The translations under genes were made by a program, and so were the position numbers. A DNA stretch of 60,055 bases from Chloroflexota bacterium (lineage in GTDB: Bacteria; Chloroflexota; Dehalococcoidia; SM23-28-2; RBG-16-64-32): contig JACZRQ010000003.1 in assembly GCA_022574655.1 (NCBI GenBank), positions 1-60,055 on the forward strand, read 5' to 3'. The notes beneath the pieces are model-generated. The model had not been told where the DNA came from and ran no database searches. It saw only the letters and a list, made by a program, of their open reading frames with translations. Below, piece by piece: positions 58,047 through 60,055 of this stretch. The number at the start of each line of letters is the position of its first letter. Within the stretch, counting starts at the first letter, position 1.

Positions 58047-58439
58047 ATGTCTAACGAAGTGATAGTCCTCGTGTCCGACCTTGACGATGCAGGTCACGGC
58101 GAACTCAAGACGTTCGGCAATCAGGACGAAGCCGCTAGGCTCATCGAGTCCCTGCTCGAGTCAGGGTTTGATACAAAGAGAATACGCGCCTTCCACGCAA
58201 CCAGGATAGAGATGAAAGTCTCCCATCGGCCTGTAGTGGCTCTGGTTGGTGGAGAACTGAGCTCCGCAGTAGAGTCGGAGCCGGAACCAACGGTCGAAGA
58301 AGTGATTGAGGCCTCTGACCCGGAGCGGGAACTCGTCGCCGTAGGAGCGACCGCGAAGGCCGAGATCAGGCGGGAGGTCGCCCCAGAGCCTTTCGTTAGG
58401 GATGGCGTACGATTCTCATCCCTATTCAGACCGGCGTAA
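58047..58439 (+). CDS. Hypothetical protein
   Basis: AAAGGAG RBS, 130-aa ORF divergent from addB, followed by a strong hairpin. Confidence 0.7.
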   Translation: MSNEVIVLVSDLDDAGHGELKTFGNQDEAARLIESLLESGFDTKRIRAFHATRIEMKVSHRPVVALVGGELSSAVESEPEPTVEEVIEASDPERELVAVGATAKAEIRREVAPEPFVRDGVRFSSLFRPA

Positions 58440-58491
58440 AAGGGGGGGTCGCGGGAATCTAGCCACCGGTCGCCACTCTGATATGCCTCGA

Positions 58492-58521
58492 AAGGAGCGA
58501 GGGCCATCGCCCTCGCTCCTT
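58492..58521 (+). terminator. Probable intrinsic terminator hairpin
   Basis: Perfect 13-bp stem AAGGAGCGAGGGC-CATC-GCCCTCGCTCCTT, about 50 nt after the stop of 58047-58439. Confidence 0.65.
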
Positions 58522-58669
58522 CTCATTGTCCGTGCTCAGTCAGCTTGCCAGACGCACGCCACGGATGTAATCTGTACCGCGAATCAGGGGCGGCTGACCA
58601 ATATCCTTGGCTTCCAGAGCGATCTGTGCAGTCCTCCTCGGAATGCTATAGTGTTAGGTAATCGCGCCA

Positions 58670-60055
58670 ATGGATGAACAAGCCAGACCTGAAGCTCCGT
58701 CTGTGGGCTCCCTGACCCAGGAGCGCCTTTCCGACATGACGATCGACGGGATGATCAGGGATCGCTACGGCGGTAGCGACGAGCGCGACATCTTTTCCAA
58801 AGTTGATGACTTCACTTTGGTCGAGGAAGCGCGCTCGGCCCGAATGTACCCGTTCTACCAAGCGCTCGACAGCAACGATGGCCCAGAGGCCCAGATATAC
58901 GGGTCTCGCGTTCTCATGTTTGGTTCCAACAACTACCTCGGGCTGACGCGTCACCCGGAGGTGATTCAAGCTGCGCGGGACGCCTTGTCCAAGTTCGGAA
59001 GCTCGATGACTGGTTCGCGCTTGCTTAACGGCAGCACGCATCTTCACGAAGAACTGGAAGAACGCATCGCTAAGTTCGTCCGCAAGGAAGCAGCCCTGGT
59101 GTTCACCACCGGCTACCTGGCGAATCTAGGTACTATCTCATCGCTGGTCAACAAGCGCGCGGTCGCCGTCGTCGCCAAGGCTGACCACGCAAGCATCTAT
59201 GACGGATGCCGGTTGGCGGACGGTGACATGATCCGTTTTCAGCACAAAGATCCGAGTCGGCTCGAACGCGTGCTGAAGAAAGTAACGCAGGACCGCGCTG
59301 CGCTCGTCATCGTGGACGGCGTCTTCAGCATGGGCGGAGATATTGTGCCTCTCCCGGAGATCGCCGAAGTCTGCAAACGCTATCAAGCTCGTCTCTTCGT
59401 CGACGACGCCCACGCCATCGGCGTCATTGGAGAGGGCGGCCGTGGCACTGGTAGCCACTTTGGTATTGAGGACGACGTAGACCTTGTCATGGGCACCTTC
59501 TCGAAATCGCTCGCCTCCATCGGTGGATTCATCGCTGGTTCCCGTAGGGTACTGGAGTGGGTCAAGCACTTCGCGCGCTCAATCATGTTCAGCGCCAGTC
59601 TGCCGCCGGCCTCCACAGCCGCTGCGCTAGCGTCCCTCAACGTTCTCGAGCGCGAACCGGAACGGGTCGAGCGTCTCGGGCAGCTCGCAGTTCAGTGGCG
59701 CGATGGCCTGAGTAGCCTCGGCTTCGACGTCGGGCAATCACAGACGCCGATCGTGCCGATCAATGTGGGCGACGAATACGCGACAGTGATGTTTTCGAGG
59801 GATCTACTGGAAGAAGGCGTGTACGTGAATCCGGTCACCTATCCGGCCGTGCCCATTCGGGAGGCTCTCTTGCGGACAAGCTGCATGGCCACCCACACTC
59901 AGGAGCAGATCGAGCAAGCGTCCCGGCGTAGCCACCAGAATATCCACTCCCCGGCTCAAGTCGCGAATCTGCTGGCGGGGCCTGACGCCTCCATAAACCA
60001 GCGTTTGGGTGAGTTTCAAATGACGGCCGTAAACGCGAAAACTTTCGCCGATCTG
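58670..60055 (+). CDS. Alpha-oxoamine synthase, serine palmitoyltransferase-like; homology ends near 59920, frame stays open to the window end
   Basis: Not in the ORF track (no stop). Manual translation from ATG 58670: DIFSKV...MYPFY...[47 protein letters not shown] lysine [28 protein letters not shown]. Confidence 0.85.
   Translation, partial: MDEQARPEAPSVGSLTQERLSDMTIDGMIRDRYGGSDERDIFSKVDDFTLVEEARSARMYPFYQALDSNDGPEAQIYGSRVLMFGSNNYLGLTRHPEVIQAARDALSKFGSSMTGSRLLNGSTHLHEELEERIAKFVRKEAALVFTTGYLANLGTISSLVNKRAVAVVAKADHASIYDGCRLADGDMIRFQHKDPSRLERVLKKVTQDRAALVIVDGVFSMGGDIVPLPEIAEVCKRYQARLFVDDAHAIGVIGEGGRGTGSHFGIEDDVDLVMGTFSKSLASIGGFIAGSRRVLEWVKHFARSIMFSASLPPASTAAALASLNVLEREPERVERLGQLAVQWRDGLSSLGFDVGQSQTPIVPINVGDEYATVMFSRDLLEEGVYVNPVTYPAVPIREALLRTSCMATHTQEQIEQASRRSHQNIHSPAQVANLLAGPDASINQRLGEFQMTAVNAKTFADL
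59903..60055 (-). other. Internal fragment of a DEAD-box RNA helicase (RhlE-like) joined antisense to the SPT-like gene
   Basis: [51 protein letters not shown] (GG doublet and motif Ib TPGR). Confidence 0.8.

Noticed and set aside
1-60055. CRISPR arrays, cas genes, rRNA, intact transposases, prophage or known defence systems
   Set aside because: None seen. The Fe-S PD-(D/E)XK domain is Cas4-like but belongs to AddB, and the kinase/PP2C cluster has receptor and FHA architecture rather than that of a known defence system.

Overview
GC-rich bacterial genomic segment. Gene content and several protein-family signatures suggest Chloroflexota (Dehalococcoidia-like); this is inference only. From left to right it holds: a partial glucose-6-phosphate isomerase, a glutaredoxin-TrxB fusion, and lipid/aromatic CoA-metabolism genes (crotonases, P450, CoA-transferase). 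Next come a 9-kb Ser/Thr phospho-signalling cluster (two receptor kinases, FHA-wHTH regulator, PP2C, triple-FHA ABC transporter), an Atu-like acyl-CoA carboxylase cluster, tRNA-Gly, an acyl-ACP desaturase-like di-iron protein, a heterodimeric ABC exporter and MobA. Then LigD convergent with an intact ligase paralogue that has lost its catalytic residues, citrate synthase, and tRNA-Leu/Gln/Asn followed by a decayed integrase islet. The right end has an FGGY kinase plus sphingosine-1-phosphate-lyase-like operon behind a highly structured intergenic region, a GGDEF/EAL sensor, an AddB-AddA-EEP operon, and a serine-palmitoyltransferase-like gene that runs into an apparently chimeric end. The best leads are the pseudo-ligase beside LigD, the sphingolipid-like synthesis and catabolism genes with a candidate RNA switch, and the self-contained pThr/FHA circuit with a cohesin-tipped kinase. 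All family calls come from motif recognition by eye; no searches were run.
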